From the IMG/VR virus record IMGVR_UViG_3300007504_000003, positions 32,001 to 96,000 of that record: a DNA stretch of 64,000 bases. The stretch is one strand, 5' to 3'. Shown here piece after piece: positions 28,601-37,664 of this stretch (position 1 is its first letter; the number at the start of each line of letters is the position of its first letter). The notes under the pieces were generated by a model. The model was not told the origin of the DNA. It did no database searches and worked only from the letters and a program-made list of their open reading frames with translations. Source of the stretch: a virus. A program made the position numbers and the translations under genes.

Positions 28601-29346
28601 CCCGCCAGGGGATCGCGAATCCCTGGCTGACGCAGTTGACCTATGACGTGGATGTGTTGGACCAGTTCGTAGAGGAGGCCACCTTTGAAGAGCGGATCGA
28701 ACCTCTCATGGACGCCGTGTTCAACAAACTCCGGGACCGCTCGATCATCGCCCGGGTCGTTCGTCGAGAGCAGGAGCTATCTCGGATAGTTGATAGAAAG
28801 TTGATCCTGTTAAAAACAGGTACTTACGAGCGTCTCCTCCGCTGTGGGGCGGCTGAAGGAGATGGTTCTCGGGTTGGTGTCTTCATCCCCTTGCCCGCGA
28901 ATCTGGCTCAGCAGTTCCCCTCTCTCAAGGAGGATTCGAGCCCTGTTCATGTGACCTTCCTGTACGCCGGGAAGGTCTGGGAGGAGGGGTTGTTCATGGA
29001 GATTCTGAGGCGTCGGCTAGGGGAGCTGGAGGCTCCTGTCCAAGCGAGGCTGGACGGTCAGGACTTCTTCCGCAACGCAGACGGCTACATCCCTCATGTC
29101 CGGGTTCGGTTCGATCAGGATCTTGCTCGGGTTCGGAAGCTAGTGATCGACGATCTTCGGGAGGCGGGCTGGACTCTGGCGGATAGGAGTCAGATGGTGT
29201 GGCGGCCTCATGTCACTCTCGGCTACCAGAAGCCCCACTCGGAGCATTATCAGGGTGAGGTCCCGACAGGCGGTTGGGAATTTGATCGCTTGGAAGTCTG
29301 GGGCCTGGAGCGTAAGAAGGTTTTGCTCCTGGGCAAAAAAGCCTAG
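25603..29346 (+). CDS. polyvalent protein: unknown N-region + LPD1-like zincin + 2H phosphoesterase
   Basis: LAHELSHYF and YYHSSPECWARLCEQYVYTKL (LPD1-like); two HVT motifs at 28948 and 29209. Confidence 0.75.
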   Translation: MNQHVQVAAELRRRMGSLVYTSSGVLYVLTPETLAQLSEGDQWVGLVSSDDLEGAHRLVEHCGGGVLREPSSGTYAVETVAKWGRVGAQVGTDTAAVWAIAPEQLHHFIEDEGLAGLDWQVWANRWEDLESSWRAHGGAVFHTGGDGGFEVEVEGAVRSLGLTRPYGTPQYREAGWWAITPEDPGINPPPVDKGGLMNAVPGVDPDEGALYNGDGPADMMEAVLDEIDMIYREAWGRGATVAEMDAVWEFIFRGYRKGAKASGWNVWVDKAVELTGVPMKVLLLCLDESRTRDAVRLWREGSERGDFTGFGEHIKACVSLAWDDSSFMMEQLPAKPDSVKLLLARQYRQAFDEERLTEAGKAIEGFSLGMALAITQGFVSTHPFFDLGEIRRFIQIRKKYHGVFTAAAAVLAEYFGDAPRFQAAIPGLRRISIMPPAQVRGALSAGVQAFRSLGRVRVSDLPGYEYQSPPRLVVQSFVAIHRALRLSGLEERGDYYRAFSDLETLLDVFLRSRSTPAPVKTLFRKLKLLGIPRDSADVLHFDADPGAWFDLTSDQRAGIRREVLGLQDELSSLFTRDMDVEERSAEAKRLMGALSQIQARAGIHLAHLMEEDQPPLDKVLRSEAQVNRDGPTEYVLDSFKKDLLSSWEESPSFRPKLLSKRELGKLFTTLDKVKTFSTMERVIKTAVRRGLLHKTALETLTSKLDKARRNKALRDNPVLAPLQWEPMTEQEFVAAHDAGGVDFRGDAWTEEQKAEVLGRASRAIVDLEGVFGKGFCGRHARKLMFRFHEGSGTGSGALAHYFGWEDRNRWQPRVSFGEDFDGLLAHELSHYFEDLLAFRIEKATNPDMPEYQYGDVAHGWGDLFGRTGTSLRQFVERSGNSTMGKALQEHFPEFLELMATVVSTPDYARWEDKIGGALSDALYEAITEVTGQSPYAEGNEQARGWMDAQYQSDLPPEVLEAAKRRAIRLRDGDPRKLTYYHSSPECWARLCEQYVYTKLARQGIANPWLTQLTYDVDVLDQFVEEATFEERIEPLMDAVFNKLRDRSIIARVVRREQELSRIVDRKLILLKTGTYERLLRCGAAEGDGSRVGVFIPLPANLAQQFPSLKEDSSPVHVTFLYAGKVWEEGLFMEILRRRLGELEAPVQARLDGQDFFRNADGYIPHVRVRFDQDLARVRKLVIDDLREAGWTLADRSQMVWRPHVTLGYQKPHSEHYQGEVPTGGWEFDRLEVWGLERKKVLLLGKKA

Positions 29347-29365
29347 TTGGTTCGTATAGAGGGAC

Positions 29366-30634
29366 ATGTCGCCTTACGCTCCAAGAATCGCGGACCTTTG
29401 GCTGTCCCGCTCTGCGGATTCGGCTGCCCACGTTCGTTCAATCGCGTTGATGCGGTTTCTCTCCCGGCTGGCTCTCCGGCTGGGGAGAGCCGTGGCTGAG
29501 AACGTCTACGTGGTGGGCGGGGCGGTTCGGGATTTCGTCTTGGACCGTCCGATCAAGGATATCGACGTGGTGATCGACTCCGTCTCTCTCGGGAGAGACA
29601 GCGAGTGGTTCGCCCGTCAGATTTCCGCAGCCGTCCCGGCTCGGACGTCGCTGGTGACCAACAACTATGGGGTCGCCATTCTCACCATTTCGGAGTCCTG
29701 GGTTCTGGAAGGTGTGGAGATGCAGGGCGAAGTGATCGAGATCGCCAATGCCCGGACGGAGTCCTATGGGGGTGCTTCAGGGAAGGGCTACAAGCCCTCG
29801 GAGGTCGCTCCGGCGAGGATTGAGGATGACGTGGCACGCAGGGAGTTGTCCTACAACACCTTGATGATCCGGCTCCTCCATCTGGCGGACGGGCCGGATA
29901 AGGCAGACATTCTGGACCTGACGGGCTGCGGCCTCAGTGACCTGGAAGCTGGGATTATGCGTTGCCCGGCGGATCCCAACATTGTGTTCTCCGACGACCC
30001 GAGCCGGATGATCAGGGTGATTAAGTTCGCTCTTCGTTACGGGCACCGTCTCACTGAGGACACTCGGGCGGCGATCCTCAACAACGCGGAGAAGATCAAG
30101 AACATCCCGGGCGGGCATCTCATCAACCTCCTGACGGGGATCATCCTCCGTGAGGCGACCTGGAAAGAAGCCCTTCAGTGGATGCAGGATCTGAACCTCC
30201 TGGCACCGATCAGGGAGATGGTGCTGTCGGACGAGCAGCTCAAGACCTCTCTCATCAACCACATCCGGGGTTACCGGTTGGAGATGCTGTTCAGCTTGAT
30301 GGATCTGGGATTGCCGGTGGGCTACCGCGTGCGTTTCCTCCCTCGGGCGGATCAGAGTCATCTACGCGACTCTATCGGTCACTGGCCGGCTGAGGAAGCG
30401 TGGGGGTTCGTGGAAGCCTTGCGGAACCCTGGCGTCATCATCCAGGACAAGAAGTTTTTCCCTGAACTGGCTCGGGAGCATGGGTTCCTCGGCCCTCAAA
30501 TCGCGGGGTTCAACCGCGAGGTGTACCTGCCCATAGCTCGGAGGATCCTGATGGGGGATCCCCACATTCGGTTGAGCCCGGCCCGCTTTCGACGAGAGAT
30601 CGCTGACCGAGTCAGGGCACGTCTTCGGCGGTAG
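29366..30634 (+). CDS. CCA-adding/poly(A) polymerase-family (class II) nucleotidyltransferase
   Basis: VGGAVRD, DIDVV, ARTESY, RRELSYN (D to E), DDPSRMIR; no HD domain seen. Confidence 0.9.
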   Translation: MSPYAPRIADLWLSRSADSAAHVRSIALMRFLSRLALRLGRAVAENVYVVGGAVRDFVLDRPIKDIDVVIDSVSLGRDSEWFARQISAAVPARTSLVTNNYGVAILTISESWVLEGVEMQGEVIEIANARTESYGGASGKGYKPSEVAPARIEDDVARRELSYNTLMIRLLHLADGPDKADILDLTGCGLSDLEAGIMRCPADPNIVFSDDPSRMIRVIKFALRYGHRLTEDTRAAILNNAEKIKNIPGGHLINLLTGIILREATWKEALQWMQDLNLLAPIREMVLSDEQLKTSLINHIRGYRLEMLFSLMDLGLPVGYRVRFLPRADQSHLRDSIGHWPAEEAWGFVEALRNPGVIIQDKKFFPELAREHGFLGPQIAGFNREVYLPIARRILMGDPHIRLSPARFRREIADRVRARLRR

Positions 30635-30643
30635 GTTCTCTAT
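30631..30643 (+). promoter_or_regulatory. putative late promoter motif TA-N6-YTAT
   Basis: GTAGGTTCTCTAT upstream of 30658. Confidence 0.5.
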
Positions 30644-30657
30644 CTCAGTGGGGTGAT

Positions 30658-31782
30658 ATGAAGGATTACCCGCCCTCTCGTCTTGTAGCCTCTCGTTGGT
30701 TGGTTGCATCCAAGTCGAAGTACCGATCCGTTTTGCGGCGGGGTCGCTCTCGCGTGGAAGCCGCCTACCGGCAGGATGATTGGACTGCGGCTGCGGCTGC
30801 CTATGAGCAGGCGGCTTCGGCTCTCCGTCCCCTCGGGGGACTTCTGGATGGGGTTACCGTCGAGCGGCAGAGTGAGCGGAGGAAGCTGAAGAACGTCCGC
30901 CGGAACCTGTCTCTGATCAAGCGGTATACGGCTCCTGGCTTCCTCCGAGATACCGAGTATCAGACCGCCTATTGGGCTTGGAGTAGCTGGGAGACGCTAG
31001 AAGATGCCGTGAAGGCTGTTCTGAGAGTCTGGGAGCGAGTGACCGGGTACCAGAGCTTGACTCGCTCCTTCCAGCACGGCCCTTTCACGGTTGAGAATCA
31101 CTACGGCTACCGTGAGGAGGAATTGGCGGCACCCTTATCGCTCCTCTCAGGAGCGATGGATCAGATCCGCTCCCGGGGGTTTGAGGAGGTCTTGTACGGG
31201 GTCGTTCAAATAGTGAGCCCGAAGAGCGGGGGGTTCTGTGGGAGGTACTTCAAGAATGGGGACTTCCTTCAGATCAACGCGGATTGCCAGTACCGCTTAG
31301 GGGCTGTTCATACGGTGGTCCACGAGCTAGGTCACCGGTTCTGGTTCCAGAAGATGACGTCCGCACAGCAGAAGGCATATGACGACGCCTATTCGGGTAC
31401 AGCAGGCGTTGTGTTCTCTCTGGGGGACCGGGAGGACATGTGGCAGGCGTTCAAGGAAGCCGGGTACACCCTCCGAGGTGCTCATCGGCGGTTGAGGAAC
31501 CCCGCCTTGCGGGAGCATCTCTCGGATTATGTCCGGGAGAGGAGGAAGGGGTTGTTGATCGTCCCGGACCCGCGGACGGGGTTCATGGAGGCCCATGCTC
31601 AGAGAGCTTTCGTGGTCCCTTCTGTGAGAAACTTCTTCCTGGGCCGCCCCGTCTCCGTGAGTGATTACGCTGAAACAGGCGGGGTGACGGAGGATTTCGC
31701 TGAGGTCTTCGCGTTCTTCTGCACCGGGAAGAGGGTTGACGCAAGGGCTCTGGAACGCTTCCGGGACGCGACCGGCCGCTAG
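30658..31782 (+). CDS. zincin-like metallopeptidase-domain protein with tag
   Basis: VVHELGHRF ... SDYAETGGVTEDFAEVF; LVASRWL at 30682. Confidence 0.75.
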   Translation: MKDYPPSRLVASRWLVASKSKYRSVLRRGRSRVEAAYRQDDWTAAAAAYEQAASALRPLGGLLDGVTVERQSERRKLKNVRRNLSLIKRYTAPGFLRDTEYQTAYWAWSSWETLEDAVKAVLRVWERVTGYQSLTRSFQHGPFTVENHYGYREEELAAPLSLLSGAMDQIRSRGFEEVLYGVVQIVSPKSGGFCGRYFKNGDFLQINADCQYRLGAVHTVVHELGHRFWFQKMTSAQQKAYDDAYSGTAGVVFSLGDREDMWQAFKEAGYTLRGAHRRLRNPALREHLSDYVRERRKGLLIVPDPRTGFMEAHAQRAFVVPSVRNFFLGRPVSVSDYAETGGVTEDFAEVFAFFCTGKRVDARALERFRDATGR

Positions 31783-31791
31783 TTCCTCTAT
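31779..31791 (+). promoter_or_regulatory. putative late promoter motif TA-N6-YTAT
   Basis: CTAGTTCCTCTAT upstream of 31806. Confidence 0.5.
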
Positions 31792-31805
31792 GTGGGGAGG
31801 CTAGC

Positions 31806-33305
31806 ATGGAAACCCTCGCCCACGCTGAAGCCTCTGACGGCTCGCTCCCTATCATGGAGCCCCTCCACAATGTGCGGGAGGTGGCTAAGCAACTCATCCT
31901 GTTGGAAGACCACCTCTTTCATCCTGAGCGGCACTGCGAGGATTGCATCACCAAGCATCTCCTGACCGCTGAGGCGTTCGCAGAGGAGGCCCGTTCTCTC
32001 GACGTGGCGGGAGAGTTTTCCGAGCTGCTGAACCCTCTCCCAGGGGTCTTGAGGCGGCTGTTCCGAATGTTTCAGGAGGAGAAGCCGGTGCAGGAAATCG
32101 CTCAAGCAGCTCGCAAGTTGAGGAAGCGATTGATGCCGGAGACCCTCAAGGTGCGGGTGGCCTCCCGTTGGTTGTCGGCGGAGCGAGGTCGTCAGGTTTC
32201 GGACCTGCCTAGGTTTTTGATGGTGGGTAACCGCATTCTGAACAACTTGAACGCTTTGAAGCGGGCTGAGGCTGAGGGCCGCCATGACCGGTCAGTAGTC
32301 TGGGCTCTCAACACGGATTGGTCTAGCATTGTCTCAGCGGGTCGGCGGTGGTCAGAGGAGGTGATTGAGACTCGGGCTACTCCCAGGGGTAAGGCGAAGA
32401 AAATTGAGCTGGCGGTTCGGGCTTTCCAGGTCAGCCGTACTCGCGACTCAACGAAGTGGCTCAAGAAGAACCGTCGCCACATTGAGTTGCTGATTGAAGC
32501 GGAGAGGTGGCCCCTTCGCTCTGAAGCTTCCGACGATTTGGCGAGGCAGTTCCAGCAGGGTTCGTTTACCGTTCACAACACCATCCACGCTGAAGGAAAC
32601 AAGCTTCAGGCTGTCCGGGATATGATCTCTGCTGCGTCGAGGGCCCTCCCCAGGACGGGGCTCGCAGGTGCTCAGAGCATGGCTTACGGCGATCTGTTGA
32701 TTGTGGGTCAGATTGGCCGGGCGTCCTGGGCTGCGTGGTACACCCCGTCGAAGGACAATATCGCGATTCGCCCCTTCATTCGGGGGATTTCTGCGGCTGA
32801 TGCTGCTCGGCATCTTGTCCATGAGATTGGACACCGGTATTGGCATAAAGTCATCGCCCGAGATCGGGATCTGGTCCGGGCGTGGCACGCTTACCACCGG
32901 AGGCTGGGGAGCCAGCCGGTAGACCCTGTGGCTTTTCCGGGGGTTGGGGAACAGCTCCCTCACCCGATCCACATGAAGATTCTTCCTCCAGGGAGAAAGC
33001 GTAGGAAGAGGGTGCTTATTCAACCCACGGTCAAGGCTCGGGGCTCTGAGTGGGTTGAGTTTGAGGAGGCTCCCGGGGTTCGCTATAGCGTGATTTCAGT
33101 TCAGCGGATTCTGGAGAACACTGGTCGGACAGGTCGTTTCCCCTCTCCGTATGCGGCCACGGATCCGCAGGAGCATTTCTGCGAGGCGTTTTCCTTCAAG
33201 GCGTTTGGAGAACTTTCCCCTGAAGGGGTGGAAGCGTTTGACAGGATCTTTTTGGGCCGCACGGCGGCGGATCGGGTAGCCGATCGCTGGAGTGAGCAAA
33301 GCTAG
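31806..33305 (+). CDS. Cys/His N-domain + zincin-like metallopeptidase, two tags
   Basis: LEDHL..PERHCEDCITKH; LVHEIGHRY...SPYAATDPQEHFCEAF; RVASRWL at 32154, RVADRW at 33273. Confidence 0.75.
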   Translation: METLAHAEASDGSLPIMEPLHNVREVAKQLILLEDHLFHPERHCEDCITKHLLTAEAFAEEARSLDVAGEFSELLNPLPGVLRRLFRMFQEEKPVQEIAQAARKLRKRLMPETLKVRVASRWLSAERGRQVSDLPRFLMVGNRILNNLNALKRAEAEGRHDRSVVWALNTDWSSIVSAGRRWSEEVIETRATPRGKAKKIELAVRAFQVSRTRDSTKWLKKNRRHIELLIEAERWPLRSEASDDLARQFQQGSFTVHNTIHAEGNKLQAVRDMISAASRALPRTGLAGAQSMAYGDLLIVGQIGRASWAAWYTPSKDNIAIRPFIRGISAADAARHLVHEIGHRYWHKVIARDRDLVRAWHAYHRRLGSQPVDPVAFPGVGEQLPHPIHMKILPPGRKRRKRVLIQPTVKARGSEWVEFEEAPGVRYSVISVQRILENTGRTGRFPSPYAATDPQEHFCEAFSFKAFGELSPEGVEAFDRIFLGRTAADRVADRWSEQS

Positions 33306-33308
33306 CTG

Positions 33309-33321
33309 GTATCCCTTCTAT
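33309..33321 (+). promoter_or_regulatory. putative late promoter motif TA-N6-YTAT
   Basis: GTATCCCTTCTAT upstream of 33357. Confidence 0.5.
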
Positions 33322-33356
33322 GGACTCCGGGGGTCGAGTCCTCTCGGAGTTGTAGG

Positions 33357-34019
33357 ATGCCCAAGGTCAAAGACCCGCTTGTCCGTCAGGCGGCGGATCG
33401 TCTTCGGGAAAGCACAAAGAAGGTGATCCGGGCTTTCGTGGAGCAAAAGCCTGGAGATAGTCGTGCTCTGAGGTCAGATGGACGGTCGTTGTGGAAGCGA
33501 TCTTTTGGGGAGAGCAAGTTCGCAGTCTGGAGAGCGGGTCGAATCCTCATCCTGAACGACGAGTCCTCTAAATTTGACGACCGGGTGATCCGGTACATCA
33601 TCCGGCTTGCAGGAAAGCCAACCGTAGCTTTCGAGTACGACCGCGGGGGTGCCCACCCCAATATGAAGCTGACGTTTGAGATAGTTTGGGATGACGTAAT
33701 CGGCCGAGAGGAGTACAAGGCTCGTCTCGGTGCCGTCATGACCGATGGGGGTGAGCGAGGGCTCGTGGGTTGGGTGGACTACTCCAAATATCAGGGGGAG
33801 TACACGATCGACCACGTTCATGTGGTGCCTGAGTATCGCCGTAGCGGGGTCGCCACTGCCTTGTATAAGGAGCTGTTCCGTCGGGAAGGGATCACTGTCC
33901 GGGACCTGGGCCCGAGCGCGAGGACCGACCTGGGGCAGAAGTTTCGGGAGAATGCCCGGCTCGCAGCAGCACGCCGGGTCGCTGCCCGTTACCTAGGGGG
34001 CAGTCGTGAGTCGGGATAA
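33357..34019 (+). CDS. GNAT acetyltransferase-domain protein with C-terminal tag
   Basis: IDHVHVVPEYRRSGVATALY motif A; RVAARYL at 33975. Confidence 0.8.
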   Translation: MPKVKDPLVRQAADRLRESTKKVIRAFVEQKPGDSRALRSDGRSLWKRSFGESKFAVWRAGRILILNDESSKFDDRVIRYIIRLAGKPTVAFEYDRGGAHPNMKLTFEIVWDDVIGREEYKARLGAVMTDGGERGLVGWVDYSKYQGEYTIDHVHVVPEYRRSGVATALYKELFRREGITVRDLGPSARTDLGQKFRENARLAAARRVAARYLGGSRESG

Positions 34020-36717
34020 AGCGGCCATTCCTTCCGTTGAGAAGGTGGTGCGTTGTTATCGTGAGACTCAGGCGAAGACGTTCAAGATTGAGGTGGGTGA
34101 CCCGATCTGGTACGGGAAGTACAAGAATAAGAAGGGGATCGTCAAGGGCTTCAAGGGGAACGACAAGGGAGATACGATCGTTGTGATCGAGCCTGACCCG
34201 AAGGGGCGGAAGCAGAACAAGGAGCTGAAGCTCTTCAAGATTCGGCCTCGGAAGGCCCATGTCTCCCCTGAGGTTTACGTTGAGGGGGACCCCGAGGATT
34301 ACCTCCGGTTCTTCCTCCGTGATGGGAGGATGGGAGAGAATTTGGCCCGGGTCTGGATTGTCCAGATGGATCCGGAGGGCTACTGGTACCTGGATAGCGC
34401 GAAGGCGTATATCCGGGGTCAGGGCTTCGGGGTTGAAGCCTACATGGCCGCGATCAAGTATGCGACGGAGCATGGGGCCGGGCTCGTCTCGGACGATGAG
34501 GCGTCAGCCGCCGCGAAGCGGGCTCGGCAGGATCTCCGGAAGCGAGGGGTTCAGTTTACTCCGGGCTACGTTTTCAAGACGCACCGGTCCTCCCATATGT
34601 TCGGGACCGCTCTTCCGGTGGACGCCTGGGATGTTCGGTCGGCGGTTCTGATGAAGTCTCGGCGTGGTCCTGCGTACCCGATCCGCCAAGCTGGCTCCGC
34701 CCCGGCTTGGGGTGCCGACAGTGTGGACGCTTTCCAGTACCTCATTCGGGGGGAGTACGACGAGGGGTTGGAGTGGGTCGAGAAGTGGGGTCTGAAGTCC
34801 TCTCAGTGGGAGGAAATCGAGGGTGGGGATGGACCCCAGGTGGCTTTGGTGAATGACGCCTTCAACGACCTGGATGACTTCATCAGTCGTCACAACGACA
34901 GGCTCCACTACCGTCACAAGGACCAGGAAGCTCGGGATTGGGCTCCGCTTGGGCGACATTTCAAGGAAGCAGGTTCGGGTCTACCTGTGGGCTGGACTCT
35001 TCGCCACAAGTGGTATGGCCGGACGCTCATGGTGGAAATCTGGGATGACCAGAAGGATGAGCAGGTTGTCCTGATGGCGACCCGAGAGTCTGTTTCTTCC
35101 ATGTCGTCAGGATGCCAGGAGGATATCCGTGCTCTCGCGGCTCAGACAGGAGCCTCGGAGGCTGACGTGCTCGTTGTACGGTCGGCCCATGCCGGGGACC
35201 ACCAGGGTCGGGGGTTTGGCCGGATGGTGTATGAGCGGGCTCTGGGAGAGGCTGCGGCAGCTAATTTGATCCTGGTCCCTGATGACTGCGAGGAAGCCCG
35301 GCGGACGAGCCCCTCAGCGGCTCGGGTCTGGGATTCTCTTCGTCGCAGGTATCCGAATGACGGGGACGCTTTCTGGGGCCGGAAGGCCAGTGAGGACGTG
35401 ATGGGTCGCACAGCGTCGTATGGGGAGCAGTTGTTTATGTTGCGGCCTGGGCAGGCGTGGTCACCCAGGTTGATGAACAACGTCACCGTGTCCACCTCCC
35501 GGTCGGATATGAACAAGCCCCGCGGCGGGTTCTGGACGTCCACGTATGCGGGGGGTCGGTCGGACTGGCTGGACTGGTGTGATCGAGAGGGCTTCCGTGG
35601 CGGCAACCAGGGGGTTCTATTTGTCCCTGGGGGCAGCGTCTTCCATATCCGCGATCTGAAGAGCTATCTCCAGCTCGCTGCGGCTCATGGTCGGGTTCAT
35701 CGCGACGCCATGTTCGGGGACACGGAGAACCTGATCGATTGGAATTCTGTCGCTCTCTACTACGACGGGGTTCACTTCACTCGGGAAGCCCTACGGGACC
35801 GTGCCTTATCCGAGTACCTCTATGGGATAGATGCGGAGTCAACGATCTGGTTCAACCCTCGGGTTCTCCAGTACAAGGGGCTCGTAGATATCCAGTCGCG
35901 GTGTCGGGTGAGAGCCGCCCGGGTTGCTCAGCGGTGGCTGGAGGGGGCTCGTCCAATTCCCTTGAACCCGGCGATGGTGGATAAGGTCGTTGCTCGGGTG
36001 GTGCGGAAGATCATTTCGGGGCTCTCCGTGTTCCGGCGAGATCGAGACGATTCTCTCTATTACGTCCGGGGCTTTGACCCGAGGAAGTGGGGCGGTGAGG
36101 TCGCGGTCTACGAGACGACCGATGTTCGGGGTCAGCGGATTAATGTCCCTGTCCGATTGAAGACAGAGCAAGAGCTATCGAATCACGTTCGGCGGTACAT
36201 CGTCGGTGGAGCGGTCAGCGCCCGGTATTCCCACGGGGAAAAGTTTGGTCGTAAGTGGCAGATGGTGATCAAGCTGAATTCAGCGAGGACTCCGAATGAG
36301 ATTATGGGGGACTTGAATCGGGTTACCCAGGAGGTCCGCTCCGTGGTCATCCACGAGGCGACTCATTTGCGAGACCTCCTCCGTCTTCAGTCCCCGGAAG
36401 ATCGGGAGACGAGTCAGCGTGACCCCGACGCCTATTACAACCTCCCCCATGAAGTTCGGGCGTTCATGCAGCAGGTCGTCGCGGAGGTGCGGGAGGGTTT
36501 GGAGGACGCCGCCAAGTCAGGGGCTCGCTGGTACTGGCGAGCCCGGAAGATCGACAAGAGGGTCTCCAGCGGCTTTGTTATGCGGGCCTTGGAGCAGGCT
36601 CCGACATGGAACCGGGTGAGGCCGTTCATGACTGAGGAAAACCGCCGGCTGATCCTCAAGGCGGTCGCGACGTCTCTGACGGATTGGGATCCTTTCTCCA
36701 TCGGGGTCCAGGTATGA
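34006..36717 (+). CDS. polyvalent protein: SH3-like + GNAT + GNAT + ART-like + HExxH domain
   Basis: IRGQGFGVEAY, HQGRGFGRMVY, PRGGFWTS...DAESTIWFNP, VIHEATH...YYNLPHEVRA. Confidence 0.72.
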   Translation: MSRDKAAIPSVEKVVRCYRETQAKTFKIEVGDPIWYGKYKNKKGIVKGFKGNDKGDTIVVIEPDPKGRKQNKELKLFKIRPRKAHVSPEVYVEGDPEDYLRFFLRDGRMGENLARVWIVQMDPEGYWYLDSAKAYIRGQGFGVEAYMAAIKYATEHGAGLVSDDEASAAAKRARQDLRKRGVQFTPGYVFKTHRSSHMFGTALPVDAWDVRSAVLMKSRRGPAYPIRQAGSAPAWGADSVDAFQYLIRGEYDEGLEWVEKWGLKSSQWEEIEGGDGPQVALVNDAFNDLDDFISRHNDRLHYRHKDQEARDWAPLGRHFKEAGSGLPVGWTLRHKWYGRTLMVEIWDDQKDEQVVLMATRESVSSMSSGCQEDIRALAAQTGASEADVLVVRSAHAGDHQGRGFGRMVYERALGEAAAANLILVPDDCEEARRTSPSAARVWDSLRRRYPNDGDAFWGRKASEDVMGRTASYGEQLFMLRPGQAWSPRLMNNVTVSTSRSDMNKPRGGFWTSTYAGGRSDWLDWCDREGFRGGNQGVLFVPGGSVFHIRDLKSYLQLAAAHGRVHRDAMFGDTENLIDWNSVALYYDGVHFTREALRDRALSEYLYGIDAESTIWFNPRVLQYKGLVDIQSRCRVRAARVAQRWLEGARPIPLNPAMVDKVVARVVRKIISGLSVFRRDRDDSLYYVRGFDPRKWGGEVAVYETTDVRGQRINVPVRLKTEQELSNHVRRYIVGGAVSARYSHGEKFGRKWQMVIKLNSARTPNEIMGDLNRVTQEVRSVVIHEATHLRDLLRLQSPEDRETSQRDPDAYYNLPHEVRAFMQQVVAEVREGLEDAAKSGARWYWRARKIDKRVSSGFVMRALEQAPTWNRVRPFMTEENRRLILKAVATSLTDWDPFSIGVQV

Positions 36718-37664
36718 GCAGTATCACCGCTGGTACCTGGGGCTACGAGCCCTGGGCGGGCGACGCTCAGGAGGACAACCTGAGCGCGGTCCTGAAGACC
36801 TTGAAGAAGGGGCCGGCATACAAGAAGCTGCGGGATCTCCGGCCAAAGGCGAAGGATCTGAAGGACGAGTCCCCGGTTCGCCAGATCCTCCTCCCCTGGG
36901 ATTGGGTGGGTGAGGTGTACCTCGTCTCAGACGCCCTCCAGGGTGTCCCTGAGAGCCTTGTGAAGCACGCCCTGGAGTTCGTAGAGGGGATCGAGGAACA
37001 CCCCGCCTACGAGGAATTCCTGGCTTCTTGGAAGGAGCCTGAGGAGTTCCCAGCTATGCGTGAGCGGGTGGAGGCGGACCTCCGTCAGGCGTTGGATTTC
37101 AGCCGTGATGGGAGGGTCAGGCTGACTATCCCTCCTATGGGTCGGCTGGCGAAATACCGGCAACCACCGCTAGGCCCCCGCCAGGATCTTGTGGACAAGA
37201 TTCGTTACCGAGTGCGGTCCAACAGTGATGGGATTGTCATCGCTCTCTATTCTGGGAGGCGTTCAGCGGGAGCGATGGTCGCGCACTGGAAGAGGTTCCC
37301 CGGGGACCTTTGCGTCTCGGATATCGGGATGCTCTCGATCACGGTGACTCCCACGCCCCAGCGGATCTTGCAGGTGTATACGTCAGGCTTGGAAGAGGGG
37401 TTCCGAGGGCTGGGATATGGTCGGGCGATGTATCAAGCGTTGATGGCGGAGGGCTGGAAGCAGGAGGGCCGCCCGTTTTTCCTGACGCCGATGTGGTGTA
37501 GCTATGGATCAGGCACGTCGGCTATGGCGATGCGAGTCTGGGATTCGCTGGCTCGACAGTATCCTTCCAGCGGCAAGGTGATTGCGGTGACGGGTCCCGT
37601 GAAGCCGGGTGTCCGGACTTCTGCGGGCGTCGTAGCGAATCGCTGGTTGGGGCTTCATGAGTGA
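36714..37664 (+). CDS. unknown N-domain + GNAT domain, C-terminal tag
   Basis: FRGLGYGRAMYQ; VVANRWL at 37629; ATGA overlap at the start. Confidence 0.72.
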   Translation: MSSITAGTWGYEPWAGDAQEDNLSAVLKTLKKGPAYKKLRDLRPKAKDLKDESPVRQILLPWDWVGEVYLVSDALQGVPESLVKHALEFVEGIEEHPAYEEFLASWKEPEEFPAMRERVEADLRQALDFSRDGRVRLTIPPMGRLAKYRQPPLGPRQDLVDKIRYRVRSNSDGIVIALYSGRRSAGAMVAHWKRFPGDLCVSDIGMLSITVTPTPQRILQVYTSGLEEGFRGLGYGRAMYQALMAEGWKQEGRPFFLTPMWCSYGSGTSAMAMRVWDSLARQYPSSGKVIAVTGPVKPGVRTSAGVVANRWLGLHE

